Shown here piece by piece: positions 36,550 through 49,322 of a stretch of 64,000 bases of DNA (within the stretch, counting starts at the first letter, position 1; each line of letters starts with the position of its first letter). This DNA comes from an uncultured Acidimicrobiaceae bacterium (lineage in GTDB: Bacteria > Actinomycetota > Acidimicrobiia > Acidimicrobiales > RAAP-2). The notes below the pieces were generated by a model. It was not told the DNA's origin and made no database searches. It worked only from the letters and a program-made list of their open reading frames with translations. The stretch covers positions 2,311,385 through 2,375,384 of the forward strand of contig OY969792.1 of the NCBI GenBank assembly GCA_963703105.1, given 5' to 3'. The position numbers and the translations under genes were made by a program.

Positions 36550-37681
36550 GGCCGAGAACGCGCTTCGCGAGGCCCTCAATACGCTGGAGGACCTCGAAAC
36601 GAGGTGGAGCGCGGCGAGTGAGTACCTGAAGATCGACCTCGGCCGTGAGCGCCACGCCGTCTTGACCGAACTGGTCGCCAACCCGAACCTCTGGGACGAC
36701 CAGGACCGCGCCCGCGAGGTGACGACCGAACTGGGACGACTCGCGAACGACCTCGAGCAGTTCGACGACCTGCGCGGGACCCTCGACGATTCGCTGGTCC
36801 TTGCCGAGTTCTCGCGCGAGTCGCTGTCGGCCGGCGAGGCCGATTGGTCGCTCCTCAACGAACTCGCCTCGACGGTGAGCGATCTGGAGACCAAGATCGC
36901 CGCGCTCGAGACGCAGAGTCTTCTCAGCGGTCCTTACGACGCGAACGACGCCATCGTCGAGTTGCACGCCGGCGCCGGCGGGACCGACGCGCAGGACTGG
37001 ACCGAGATGTTGTTGCGCATGTACTCGCGTTGGGCGGAGCGACGGGGCTTCGGCGTCGAGATCGATGAGGCGACCGAGGGACAAGAGGCCGGCCTATTGT
37101 CGTCGACCTTTATCGTGAAGGGTCGTTTCGCCTACGGCTGGCTCTCGGCCGAACGCGGAGTGCACCGACTCGTTCGCATGAGCCCCTTCGACTCGCAGGC
37201 TCGTCGACAGACCAGTTTCGCCAGTCTCGACGTCACGCCGCTCTTGGACGACAACGCCGCCGAGGTGGAGATCGACGAGAAGGACCTCCGCGTCGACACC
37301 TATCGCTCCTCCGGTGCCGGGGGCCAACACGTCAACAAGACCGACTCGGCGATCCGCATCACGCACCTACCCACCAACATCGTCGTCAGTTGTCAAAATG
37401 AGCGCAGCCAGCATCAGAACCGCGCGCGCGCCATGCAGATTCTTGAAGCGAAGTTGGCCGAGCGCGCTCGGGCCGAACGTCAAGCCGAGATGAACGCGCT
37501 TAGCGGCGATCGCGGCGACAACGCGTGGGGCTCACAGATACGCAGTTACGTGCAGGCGCCTTACCAACTTGTGAAAGACCATCGCACTGAATTCGAGACG
37601 GGAAACGTTGACGCGGTGCTGGATGGCGATCTCGATGGTTTTATGGAAGCTGAACTGCGACGACAGCGAATCCATTCTTAA
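36536..37681 (+). CDS. prfB: Peptide chain release factor 2
   Basis: SPF and GGQ motifs. Confidence 0.97.
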
Positions 37682-37807
37682 GAAATGTGAGAGCCCTTTA
37701 ACGTGGGCCTTTCGTGGCACGAAGTCGCAAATTTGTCAAACTACAATAGATAGGTACATCCGGGTGCCGACGCACCTCCACATCTACGTCGCCGAGGGAG
37801 TGTTTGC

Positions 37808-38505
<698 letters not shown>

Positions 38506-38506
<1 letters not shown>

Positions 38507-39360
38507 TGCGTGTCTACTTTCGCTACGCCGTCAAGGAGACCCTGTCGAACCTCTGGCGCAACCGCATGATGACGATCGCCGCGGTCCTCACCGTCGCGGT
38601 GTCACTGTCCCTGGTGGGATCGGCGTTGCTGCTCAAGCAGAGCGCGGCCCAGGCGTCGTCACAGTGGCAACAGGGCACGCGCGTCACCGTCTGGATGCAG
38701 CCTTCGGCCTCCGCGGGGGAGATCACCAACGTCCAGACCCAACTGCACAGTCTGCCCATCGTGAAACACTGTGTGTACCACACACAGGCGCAGGACTACG
38801 CGGAGATGAAGAAGATTCTCCCACTTTCCGAGTCTCGTATCCTGCCGATGTGGGCGATTCCGACGAAGTTCAGTTGCATCCCCACGGTGCCGTCGGACGC
38901 CTTCACGGTGCAGTCGACGTTCGCGAACCAGCCGGGCGTGTACCAGGTGACCGCACCGGAACAGCAGATCCGTGAGATGAACCGCGCGATTCGGATTTTG
39001 CAGATCGTATTTCTCGCCTTAGCCCTCGTGCTCCTGCTCTCGGCGACCGTACTGATTCTCAACACGATTCGCATGGCGATCTTCGCCCGACGCCGAGAGG
39101 TCTCGGTCATGAAGCTCGTGGGCGCGACGAACTGGTTCATCCGGATCCCCTACATCACCGAGGGCTTCATTCAAGGACTACTGGGTTCCGCGGTGGCCAT
39201 CGGGGCCGTGACCGCGCTGCACATCTGGTACCCGCTCCACAACGAGTTTCAGTTGAGCACCTCCGCGCTCATCGGGACCAACATCGTCGTGCTGATCGTG
39301 GGCGTCGGAATCGGCTCCGTCGGTTCGGCGATCGCGATTCGACGGTTCCTCGACGTCTAG
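38506..39360 (+). CDS. ftsX: Cell division permease FtsX
   Basis: LWRNRMMT, NTIRMAIFARRREV, MKLVGAT. Confidence 0.93.
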
Positions 39361-39755
39361 TCGCCAACCTCGTTGAAGTCGACGGCGAGGGAGTTGACGC
39401 AGTAGCGCAGTCCGGTCGGGGTCGGTCCGTCGTTGAAGACGTGACCCAGGTGGCCCCCGCATTTCGCGCACAGGATCTCGGTGCGCTTACGCTCCAACGA
39501 GTCGTCGGGTCGTTCGATGATGGTGCCCGGTTCGCAGGCGTCGAAGCTCGGCCACCCGCATCCGGAGTCGAACTTCTGAGCGCTCGTGAAGAGGTGCTGG
39601 CCGCACCCGCCACAGGTGAAGACGCCCTCGGTGTCGACGTGCAAGAGCGATCCGGTCCACGGTATCTCGGTCGACGCCCTTCGCAGGACCGCGTAGCGAT
39701 CGGGCGACAGTTCCACTTTCCACTGTTCGTCGGACTTCTCCACCTCGTAGGCCAC
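39357..39755 (-). CDS. msrB: Methionine-R-sulfoxide reductase
   Basis: KFDSGCGWPSF, HLGHVF, RYCVNS. Confidence 0.95.
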   Translation of the reverse strand: MAYEVEKSDEQWKVELSPDRYAVLRRASTEIPWTGSLLHVDTEGVFTCGGCGQHLFTSAQKFDSGCGWPSFDACEPGTIIERPDDSLERKRTEILCAKCGGHLGHVFNDGPTPTGLRYCVNSLAVDFNEVGD

Positions 39756-39791
39756 CGACTCAATGTACCGGGAGACCTTCGAACGACCCGC

Positions 39792-41724
39792 CTACGAGAA
39801 GTCGGGGCGGGGTGACTCGGGGAAGGCCGGCGCGAACTCGGGCTCATCGGCGAGCAGCCGCCTGAACGCGGCCGCGAGTCCCTCGGGGTCGAGGCCCAAC
39901 TCGGCCAGCAGTTTGTCCGGCCGGTGTTGTTCGAGATACGCGCGCGGCGTCCCGAGGATCCGCGTGGTGGGGAACGGGCGCGAGAGGTCCTGGGCTCGAC
40001 TACGCAGCGCCGAGACCATCAGCGTGCCGGCGCCGCCGTGACGCGTTCCGTCTTCGACGCTCATGACGCGTTCGTGATTGAGCGCGTCGTCGATCATGGA
40101 GGCGTCCGGCGGGAGGACCCGAACGTCGTAGAGGGTGACCCGGCTGGCCTCGTCCCCCATGAGTTCCAGCGCCGTGTAGGCCGCCGGCGCCATCTTGCCG
40201 ACGGCCAACACGCAGAGCGAGCCGTCACCCCGGCGAACCAGGCGCGCCTCCAGACCGTCGCCCACCTCGCCGTCGAAGGGCTTGGGCAACGTCTTGGGAA
40301 ATCGCAGGGCGGTCGGGGTCGACATCGAAAGAGCCGTCGCGAGCATGCCCGGCACCTCTTCGGCGGAGGACGGCGCGAAGACGGTCATGTTGGGGATGGC
40401 CAGACAGAGGGCGATGTCGAGCAGCCCGTGGTGGCTCGGACCGTCGTCCCCGGTGACGCCGGCGCGGTCGAAGACGAAGACCACGGGCAGGTTCAACAGA
40501 CCCACGTCGAGGTGCGCCTGGTCGAAGGCGCGCGAGAAGAAGGTCGAGTAGATCGCCACGACCGGCTTCATTCCGCCCATGGCCATGCCGGCCGCCGCGG
40601 TCACGGCGTGCTGTTCGGCGATGCCCACGTCAAAGAACCGGTCCGGGAACCGCTCTTGGAAGTTGAGCAGACCGGTCGGCCCGGCCATGGCCGCGGTGAT
40701 CGCGACGACCCGTTCGTCGGCGCTGGCCATGGCGACCAACGAGTCGGAGAAGGCCTGGGAGAACGACTGGGGGGCCACCTCTTCGTCGTCGTGTCGCGGC
40801 GGCAGTTTGTAGTCGTGCATCTTCAGGTGGTCGTCGATGGCCGGCTCGTAGCCGAGGCCCTTGGTCGTCAACACGTGGACGAGGATCGGCCCGTCCCACT
40901 CCGCGGCGCTCTTGAAGGTGTTCTCCATCGACTCGATGTCGTGGCCGTCGATGGGACCGATGTAGCGCACGCCGAGGTTCTCGAAGAAGGTGTGCGGGGT
41001 CACCATCTCGCGCACCACCGACGTCAAGCCGTCGATACCGAGGTAGGCCGCCTTCCCGACCTTCGGGAGGTGGGGGACCGTGCGGCGCAGTCGCCCGCGC
41101 ATGGTGAGGTACGTCTTGTTGAGTCGCAGCGCGGTCAGGGACTCCGAGAGCTTGGAGATGGTGGGCGCGTAGCTGCGTCCGTTGTCGTTCAAGACGATCA
41201 CCACGCGTTGATTCGAGTGGCCGAGGTTGTTAAGGGCCTCGTAGGCCATCCCGCCGGTCAACGAGCCGTCGCCCACGATCGCCACCACGTGGCGCTTGCC
41301 GCCGTGGCCGATGAGTTCCTTGCGCTGTTGGAGGGCCACCGAGAGCCCGTGCGCGTAGGACAGCGCCGTCGAGGCGTGGCTGGACTCGATCCAGTCGTGC
41401 TCGCTCTCCGAGCGGTTGGGATAGCCCGAGAGACCGCCGCGCTGGCGAAGGTTCTTGAAGCCGTAGCGTCGGCCGGTCAAGCAGTTTGTGCACGTACGCC
41501 TGGTGCCCGGTGTCCCAGAGCAGGATGTCCTTGGGCGACTCGAAGACCCGGTGCAGCGCCAGCGTGAGTTCGACCACGCCGAGGTTGGAACCCAGATGGC
41601 CGCCCGTGGGATTGGTCGTGACCGCCTCGATGATGAACTGTCGGATCTCTTCGCTCAACTCGTCGAGCTCGGCGTAGGACAGTTTCAGGAGGTCAGCGGG
41701 CGTTTCGATGGAGGGAAGAATCAC
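39792..41724 (-). CDS. dxs: 1-deoxy-D-xylulose-5-phosphate synthase, one frameshift
   Basis: [36 protein letters not shown]. Confidence 0.95.
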
Positions 41725-41792
41725 ATGCGCAGCCTACTTTCGACCAACGAGAGTGACGTTGCGCGCCACCTCCCGCCAGTACGCTCACCAGA

Positions 41793-43194
41793 ATGAATTC
41801 CACCCTGATTGAACACGACGTCCTGGCGCGCACCTTGAGCGAAGCGATGGTCCGCGGGCGGTGAGTTCGCCGAGGTCTTCGTCGAGGACCGCACGACGTC
41901 TTCGGCGATGTTGGACCAGCGGCGCGTTGAGCAACTGAGTTCGGGACACGAACGCGGTGCCGGCATCCGCGTCGTCGTGGGCGACACCACGGGATTCGCC
42001 CACACCGCGGACCTCAGCGAGAGCGGACTGGTCAGCGCGGCGCGGGCGGCGGCGGCGGTCGCGCGCGGCGGAGGCGGGGGCGTGCGCGAAATCGCGCTTG
42101 GGACCACTGCGCGACAATCCGACTCGCGCGGCGATACTGCCCGGTGACGTCGACAAGGCGCGCAAGATCGAACTGATGAACCTCGCCGATGACGCGGCGC
42201 GCTCCGAGGGCTCCTCGATCACCCAGGTGCAGGTCGCCCTCGGTGACTCGACCCGTCACTTCGTCGTGGCCAACTCCGACGGCCTGTTCGCCGGCGACCA
42301 CCAGGTGCGCACTCGATTCAACGTGTCGTGCATCGCGACGGGCGACACCGGCATGCAGACCGGCTATCGACCGATCGCCGGTACCCGCGGATTCGAACTC
42401 CTCAGTGCCGACGCCGTCGCGGACGCGGCGCGCGGCGCGGCGCGCCAAGCGATCACCAAGCTCGACGCGCGTCCGGCGCCCTCGGGCGACCTGCCGGTCG
42501 TCCTGGCCGGTGGTTCGGGCGGCATCTTGTTCCACGAAGCCTGCGGCCACGGTCTCGAGGCCGACGCGATCCTGAAGCAGGCGTCGGTCTACGCCGGCAA
42601 GGTCGGCCAACTGGTGGCCAGTCCCTTGGTGACGTTGGTCGACGACGGAACGGTCGAGGGCGAATGGGGATACCTGGCGATCGACGACGAGGGCCGCCCC
42701 GGTGCGCGCAACGTCCTGATCGAGAACGGTGTCTTGACCGACTACATGTGGGACTACCTGCGATCTCGCAAAGGAGGGACGCGTCTCGTCGGGCAACGGT
42801 CGTCGTCAGAGCTACCAACACCTGCCCATGGTGCGCATGACCAACACGTACCTCCTGGAGGGCGACGCCGACGCCGACGAGATCGTCGCCCAGACGCCCT
42901 ACGGCGTCTACGTCGCCCAACTCGGGTGGCGGTCAGGTCAACACCGCGACCGGCGACTTCGTCTTCGGCATGACCGCGGCCTTCATGATCGAAGACGGCA
43001 AGATCACCGCGCCGCTGCGCGACTGCAACCTCATCGGCAACGGTCCGGACGTCTTGCAACGCGTCGACGCCGTGGCGTCGGACTTCTCGATGACGCCGGG
43101 CACCTGCGGCAAGAACGGCCAGAGCGTGCCGGTCGGTACCGGTCAGGCGACGATGCGCCTCACCGGCGTGACCATTGGCGGAGCGGCCGCGTGA
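41793..43194 (+). CDS. tldD: TldD metalloprotease, frameshifted
   Basis: HEACGHGLE, RMTNTY, GTCGKNGQ. Confidence 0.9.
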
Positions 43195-44551
43195 GTCAAC
43201 TACTGGAACAGCGCCGAGCGCATCCTGGAATCGGCCCGAGGCGGCGAGGAGATCGAGGTCTACGTCGCCAGCGGCGTCGATACCGAGGTGCAGTCCTACC
43301 AGGGCGAGGTAGAAGAGCTCACCACCGCCACGTCCAACGGCTTCGGCATTCGGATCCTGCAACGACGGCGCCGGCGGCGCTCGTGTGGGAACGGCGTGGG
43401 CCGGATCACTCGATGACGAGGCGATCGTAGACCGCGCTGCGCGAGGCGCGGGACAACGCGACCTTCGCGACCGAAGACGAGTTCGTCGCCTTCGCGCGCC
43501 CCGACGGCGTCGCCGCGGTCTCCTTGACACTGACCGACGACGCCGTCGCCGGTACACCCCTCGACGAGAAGATCGCGATGGCGATCGAGCTCGAACGACT
43601 GGTGCGCAGAGGCGACACCCGCATTCGGCAGGTCGACTCGGCCAACTACTCGGACTACGTCGCCGAAGCGGCCATCGCGTCGACCACCGGCATTCGCGCG
43701 TCCTACGCCCGCACCGGCGCCTACGTGTCCGTGGAGGCCATCGCCAACGACGGCGGTGACGACCAGACCGGTTGGGGCCTCTCGGCCGGGCGCGCGCCGG
43801 GCGACCTCGACATCGAAAAGGCCGCGGCCGACGCCATTCGCCGCGCCACCCGGATGCTGGGCGCCGTGAAGCCGAAGTCGTTCAAGTGCACCGCCGTCTT
43901 CGATCCGCGTACCGCGGCGACGCTGTTCTCGATCATCGGCGGCGCCCTGAGCGGCGAGGCCGTGGTTCGCGGTCGATCGTTCTTCGCGAATCGGGTGGGC
44001 GAGATTGGTCGCCGCGCCGAGCTTCACGTTGCTCGACGATCCGACCGATCCCCGTCACTTCTCGGCCAGCGTCTACGACGCCGAAGGACTGGCCTGTCGG
44101 CGAAACGTCCTCATCGAAAAGGGCGAGCTGAAGGCCTTCGTCTACGACACCGTCTCGGCGCGGCGGGCCGGCACCGCTTCGACCGGCAGCGCCGTGCGCG
44201 GCGGCATCGCCGGATCGCCGTCGGCGGGGTGTCGGGCGCTGCAGTTGTCGCCCGGCGACATCGACCAGGCGGAGATCTTTCGTCGAGTGGGTAACGGCGT
44301 CTTCGTCGAGTCGCTGATCGGCGTGCACTCGGGCGTCAATCCCGTCTCGGGCGACTTCTCCGTCGGCGTCACCGGACTGATGATCCGCGACGGCCAGCTG
44401 GCCGAGCCGGTTCGTGAGATTACCGTGGCCTCGACGTTGCAGCGGATGCTGCTGGACGTCGCCCACGTCGGCAGCGACCTGGAGTGGCTCCCGGGGAGTG
44501 CCGCTGGTCAGACGCGTGGCGATCGACAACATCGCGGTCTCCGGCGTTTAG
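43191..44551 (+). CDS. pmbA: TldE/PmbA, frameshifted
   Basis: Follows tldD; DAEG, STGSA, NPVSGDFS; no HExxxH. Confidence 0.85.
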
Positions 44552-44863
44552 TCCGAAGAGGTCGTGGCCGACGACGTGGTACGTCGTCGCCGATGCGGTC
44601 GTCGCGGCGGGCGTGCTGCTCGTTTCGGTCGAAGGGGAAGAGGCCGGCGTGGTCGCGGTCGGAGTGGGCGTCGAGGGCTTCTCGGCCTTGCGACTGTCGT
44701 TCTTGTAGAAGCCGCTGCCCTTGAACACGACGCCCACGGCCGAGAAGACCTTGCGGAGCTCGCCGCCGCAGTGCGCGCAGAGCGTTAGGGCGGGGTCGGT
44801 GAACCGCTGCACCGCCTCCACGCGTCGGTGGCAGGACTGGCATTCGTATTCGTAAGTCGGCAT
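44548..44863 (-). CDS. FmdB-family zinc-ribbon protein
   Basis: MPTYEYECQSC...CAHCGG...FKGSGFYKND. Confidence 0.9.
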
Positions 44864-44945
44864 TGCGTCTCCCGTACGGCAAGTGAACCTTGGCAGTTTA
44901 CTCGCGAGAGTTCTCGGCCCATCCGGGGCGTCGTATCATTGCGCG

Positions 44946-45461
44946 GTGGACGACTTCCACCAACTACGTCGGCCGTCGAGTGGGGGAGCCTTCCCTCGCG
45001 ATATCGGCGCCTCTGAAGTATCGGCCCGTCGCGCGCTGGCGAGGTGCCGCATCAACATGGACGCGGCGACGACCGCCGCGGTGGCGGCCAACGCCATGAA
45101 CAAAGGGGACGTTCTGGCGACCGCTCGGGTGGCCGGCATCCAAGCGGCCAAGCACGCGGCGACGTTGCTCCCCATGTCGCACCCGGTACTCGTCGGCAAC
45201 GTCCACGTCAACTTCACCATTGCCGACACGCACATCGACGTGGAGGCCAGCGTCGACACCGTCGATCGCACGGGCGTCGAGATGGAGGCCTTAATGGCCG
45301 TGACCGTGGCGGCGCTCACCGTCTATGACATGTGCAAGTCGGCCGACCGAACGATGACGATTGAAGAGGTGGCCATCTGGGAGAAGTCGGGTGGCAGGTC
45401 CGGGACGTGGCGACGCGAAGACGCCTTGGGCACCGTCTCATCCGCCGAGTCCGACAACTGA
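44946..45461 (+). CDS. moaC: Cyclic pyranopterin monophosphate synthase
   Basis: KGDVLATARVAGIQAAK, TGVEMEAL, YDMCKS, KSGG. Confidence 0.92.
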   Translation: MDDFHQLRRPSSGGAFPRDIGASEVSARRALARCRINMDAATTAAVAANAMNKGDVLATARVAGIQAAKHAATLLPMSHPVLVGNVHVNFTIADTHIDVEASVDTVDRTGVEMEALMAVTVAALTVYDMCKSADRTMTIEEVAIWEKSGGRSGTWRREDALGTVSSAESDN

Positions 45462-45470
45462 ATCTGCCTC

Positions 45471-45863
45471 GTGGCCGAACGAAACGTTCTGGGTGGCGAA
45501 TTGGAGATGTGCGGTACCGATCCCGTCACGGGCTTTTATCGTGACGGATGTTGCACGTCGGGTCCCGAAGACCTCGGGAGTCACACCATCTGCGCGGTCG
45601 TCACCGCTGAGTTTCTCGAGCACCAGCGATCGATCGGTAACGACCTGAGTACGCCGATGCCGGAGTACGGGTTCCTCGGACTGGTACCCGGAGATCGTTG
45701 GTGCGTGACCGCGGCGAATTGGCTGCGGGCTCATCGCGACGGGGCGGCGGCCTACGTGGTTCTGGCGTCCACCAACGAGCGCGCTCTCGAGATCGTTTCG
45801 CTGGACGCCCTTCGAGAGCACGCGGTCGACGTTCCGTCCGGACCAGGAGATCTCCAGGCCTGA
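45471..45863 (+). CDS. DUF2237-family protein
   Basis: NVLGGEL, TGFYRDGCC, HTICA, GNDLSTP, PGDRWC. Confidence 0.85.
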   Translation: MAERNVLGGELEMCGTDPVTGFYRDGCCTSGPEDLGSHTICAVVTAEFLEHQRSIGNDLSTPMPEYGFLGLVPGDRWCVTAANWLRAHRDGAAAYVVLASTNERALEIVSLDALREHAVDVPSGPGDLQA

Positions 45864-46003
45864 CTTGACGAGGGGGCGCCGAAGGAGATTCGCTGTTGAC
45901 GCCGAAGCAGATCTGTGACGACCTCCGCGACGCCGCACTATCTGTGATAGGAAATGCGTTCTGGCCCATCACTATCGATGTCGCCGCAAGGGAGGATTTC
46001 ATC

Positions 46004-46273
46004 GTGTCGAAAATGATCGGAATGCACAATGTCGTCGACGTAGACAAGTGGCTCAGTTTCAAAGCGGATCGAGCGGGAGCAATCGGTTCCATGGGGGGCT
46101 CCAACGTCGTCGATTTGGTCGCACAGGATGGAAGTAACGCCGTGGCGATTGTGGCCGACGTCGACGACGCCGATGCCATGATTGCGGCCATGGCGGCGGC
46201 ACCACCCGAGTTGCAGGCCGCGATGCACGAGCACGGCGTTGTTCCGCCCCTGGTTTTCTACGTGGAAAAATAA
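46004..46273 (+). CDS. Small hypothetical protein
   Basis: SD GGAGG plus GTG; HNVVDVDKW...HGV pattern of small alpha/beta proteins. Confidence 0.6.
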   Translation: MSKMIGMHNVVDVDKWLSFKADRAGAIGSMGGSNVVDLVAQDGSNAVAIVADVDDADAMIAAMAAAPPELQAAMHEHGVVPPLVFYVEK

Positions 46274-46394
46274 CTCCACCATCAGCGCCGACCACTATCG
46301 GAGTTCGACGTAGGCCGACCTGCCGATAGGTTGCGCCCATGATCATGACGACCTCGAGCTTCAGGGTGTGGCCGGCGACTGGACGTGAGTCCGC

Positions 46395-46829
46395 ATGGAG
46401 TTGATGTCCGGGGAAGCGTCCGAGCACACTTCAACGAAGCGACTGACCGCCGCGGGGTTGTTCACGATCGCCGGGCTTCATGTGTTGTGGGGACTGGGCT
46501 CGTCATTTCCGTTTCGGGACCGCGAGCAGCTGGCCGACGCCGTTGTCGGGACGCGTGAAGTCCCACCTCTCAAGGCCTGTATGGCGGTCGCCGCGGCGCT
46601 CACCTTCGCCGCAGTCCTCGTGGTCGGCGTCGCTCCATTCCCAAGAGTACGAGCGCTCGCACTACGCGCGGTCGCGTCGGTCCTCTTGACCCGTGGCGTC
46701 GCGGGTGCTCTCGGTCGAACCTCGACACTCTCGCCGGGGAGTGATTCACCAACGTTCGTTCGACTGGACAAGAAGGTCTACTCGCCTTTGTGCTTATGGC
46801 TCGCCGCGGGCGTCCGTCGATCGATATAA
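46395..46829 (+). CDS. DUF3995-like membrane protein
   Basis: LHVLWGLG, RG, FVRLDKKVYSPLCL. Confidence 0.7.
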   Translation: MELMSGEASEHTSTKRLTAAGLFTIAGLHVLWGLGSSFPFRDREQLADAVVGTREVPPLKACMAVAAALTFAAVLVVGVAPFPRVRALALRAVASVLLTRGVAGALGRTSTLSPGSDSPTFVRLDKKVYSPLCLWLAAGVRRSI

Positions 46830-46870
46830 GTTCACCGGACCTTCATACGGCACTGTGCCAATATGGGGAA

Positions 46871-47242
46871 ATGATCGACCACATTTCAATTCAGTGTTCC
46901 GATGTTGCCAAGAGCGCGGCGTTCTATGACGCGGTCCTCGCGCCACTCGGTGGAGTCCGCGTGATGGATTTTGGCGAAGTCATCGGCTTCGGCAATCCGC
47001 CCATGCCTGATTTTTGGATCGGAGCCAGGGCCACCGGAGAGGGATTTCGCGAGTCGCACGTCGCCTTCACGGCTCCGAGTCGCGCGGCCGTGGACGCCTT
47101 CTTCGTGGCGGCCACCAACGCCGGTGCCGAGGTCTTGCACGAACCACGGATCTGGACCGAGTACCACCCGAACTACTACGGCGCGTTCGTTCGCGACCCT
47201 GATGGCAATAACGTCGAGGCCGTGTGTCACTCCCCTGAGTGA
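46871..47242 (+). CDS. VOC-family protein
   Basis: MIDHISI, FYDAVLAPLG, HVAF, YYGAFVRDPDGNNVEAVCH. Confidence 0.9.
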   Translation: MIDHISIQCSDVAKSAAFYDAVLAPLGGVRVMDFGEVIGFGNPPMPDFWIGARATGEGFRESHVAFTAPSRAAVDAFFVAATNAGAEVLHEPRIWTEYHPNYYGAFVRDPDGNNVEAVCHSPE

Positions 47243-47332
47243 CGTCGTCGCAGCGATTCTCGATGGTGACGACGCAGATCGTCGCGCCGGCATTGCCAGT
47301 ACCCTCGTTAGTGCAACTGAGACGGGAGATCG

Positions 47333-49296
47333 ATGAGCAGCATTCGTGGAGGGGTTGAGCAGTCGCGCGAGCGCCTGATCGCCCTCGTTCTTGTTGCTCC
47401 AGCGCGCCTGGCAGTACGGCTCGCTCACCCAAGAAGAGATCGTTCGCGAACTGAAGATCGACGAGTTCCCGGTCTCGGCCAAGGGACCGCGAAAGATCCC
47501 CGCCTACGAGGGCAACGAAGGCGCCGTGCGCCAGAAGTTCGAGCGCGACAAGGCCCGGATTCGAGAGCTGGGCTTCGAGATCGAGACCGAGACCAAGGGC
47601 GACGGCGCCGTGGGCTATCGCATCGATCCCTCGAGCGGGTACGCGCCGCTGATCTACTTCACGCCCGACGAGGAGCGCGTCGTGCGCCTGGCGCTGCGCT
47701 TCTGCGGTTTCGGCGCCTCCGGTGCCTTCAGCGTCTTCAACGAGGTGCCGGCCGAGCGACGGGGGACTCGAGGCCTCGATGTACTACACGCCGGTGATGC
47801 GCGCGCTCAAACTCCACCGCGCGCTGGCCTTCGACTACCAGTCCGGCGCGAACAAGCCCCGACTGGTCGAGCCGCTGCTCATCGACGTCTTCAACGGCGT
47901 GACCTATCTGATCGCCCGGGTGAAGGGTACCCAGGAGATCAAGGGCTACCGCTTCAGTCGCATCACGTCGATGCCGGTCGTCCTGCCCGACACCTTCGAC
48001 CACGACGACGACGCGCCGTCGACGTCGCGCGGGCCTGGCGACCGGAGTTCTCGCGGTCACCGACGCCGATGGACGTGGTCGTCACGACCAACGAGAACTA
48101 CGCCGACCTCTTGGTGCGCCAGTACCCCGGTTCGCTGGCGGCCAACAAGAAGGACGGCAAGGTCGAGGTCGGACTCAGCTTCGACAGTCCTCGCGCCGCG
48201 CTGCGCTTCGTCGTGGAGGGCGCCGACCGGATTCGCCTGCAGTCGCCCAAGTCGTTGAAGGCCGACCTCGCCGACTGGTTGAAGGACGTCAACCGCGGCA
48301 AGGCGCCGGCGCTCGAGGAGATGACGTTCACCGGACCGGCCGACCAACGACGTGCTCGGCCAGACGCTGCAGCTGCTCCACGCCGTCTACGTCGCCGAGG
48401 ACGGGCTGCGCATCAGCGAACTGGCGAAGCGATTCTCGCTCGACGAGGACCACGTGCGACTGATCATGGACCGGCTGGTGGCCCTCGAGCCCATGGCGGG
48501 CTCGACCGACGGCACCGGCGCCTTCCCGGCGCACGTCTTCAAGGAGTGCGACGACTGGGACGACGAGGCCCACGATGACTCGACGTACCGGGCCGACTTC
48601 AGCGACCTGCCCGAGGGCGCCGACGAGCCCTCGCCGTTCATGTGGCGCGACCTGTTCGAACTGAACATCGCCCTGCGCGAGGCCTCGCGCGTCTACCACG
48701 ACCCGGCGATCCTCTCGGCGATCGAGAAGATCGAGGGCGCCACCAGTTCCTACGTCCAGGTCGAGATGGCGACCAACGAGACGATGCTCGCCGACGTCTC
48801 GGCCGCCGTCGAGGATCACCAGCAGATCAAGATCCTCTACACCGCCGCGACGGCCGACGAGGCGCGCACGCCGTTCGATCGAGCCGCGCGAGATCAAGGT
48901 CCTCAACGGCCACACCTACGTGCGGGCCTACTGCACGACCCGCGAATCGTGGCGAACCTTCCGGGTGGACCGGATCAACGCCGTCGTCGCCAACTCCGAC
49001 GCCACCGAGGAGCGCCCGCCGGACACCGTCGTCAACTGGCTCACCCAGGTCGGCGAGGAGGGCGACGAGGTCGTCGTCGTCATCGACGCCGGGCTGCGCT
49101 GGCTCTTCGAGCCGCTGCCCAACGCGCAGTGGCTGACGCTCGAGGACGGGCGCCACGCCGTCAAGTTCCGCGTCAGCAACGAGCCGTTCCTCGACCAGCT
49201 CATGCTGCGCGCCGGTGAGCGGGGCGGTCGTCGCGACACCGAAGTTCGCCAAGGCCGGACACGAACTGGCCCGAGAGGATCGCCGCCTCCCTCTAG
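47333..49296 (+). CDS. PafBC-like WYL regulator, two HTH-WYL-WCX modules, probably one fused chain; frameshifted
   Basis: PafB-like RQKFERDKARIRELG, VEP, TYLIA, YRFSRI. PafC-like HTYVRAYC, RTFRVDRI. No in-frame stop at the junction (~48340). Confidence 0.8.
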
Positions 49297-49302
49297 CGAC
49301 CG

Positions 49303-49322
49303 TTGGGCACCGGGGTGTCCAA
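49303..49322. repeat. Imperfect inverted repeat at the relaxase start
   Basis: TTGGGCACC-GG-GGTGTCCAA (8/9 match). Confidence 0.5.

Noticed and set aside
47294-47314. PafBC-like motif TGCCAG-N9-TAGTGC upstream of the WYL gene
   Set aside because: The spacer is one base short and the -10 lacks the final T; too weak to call.
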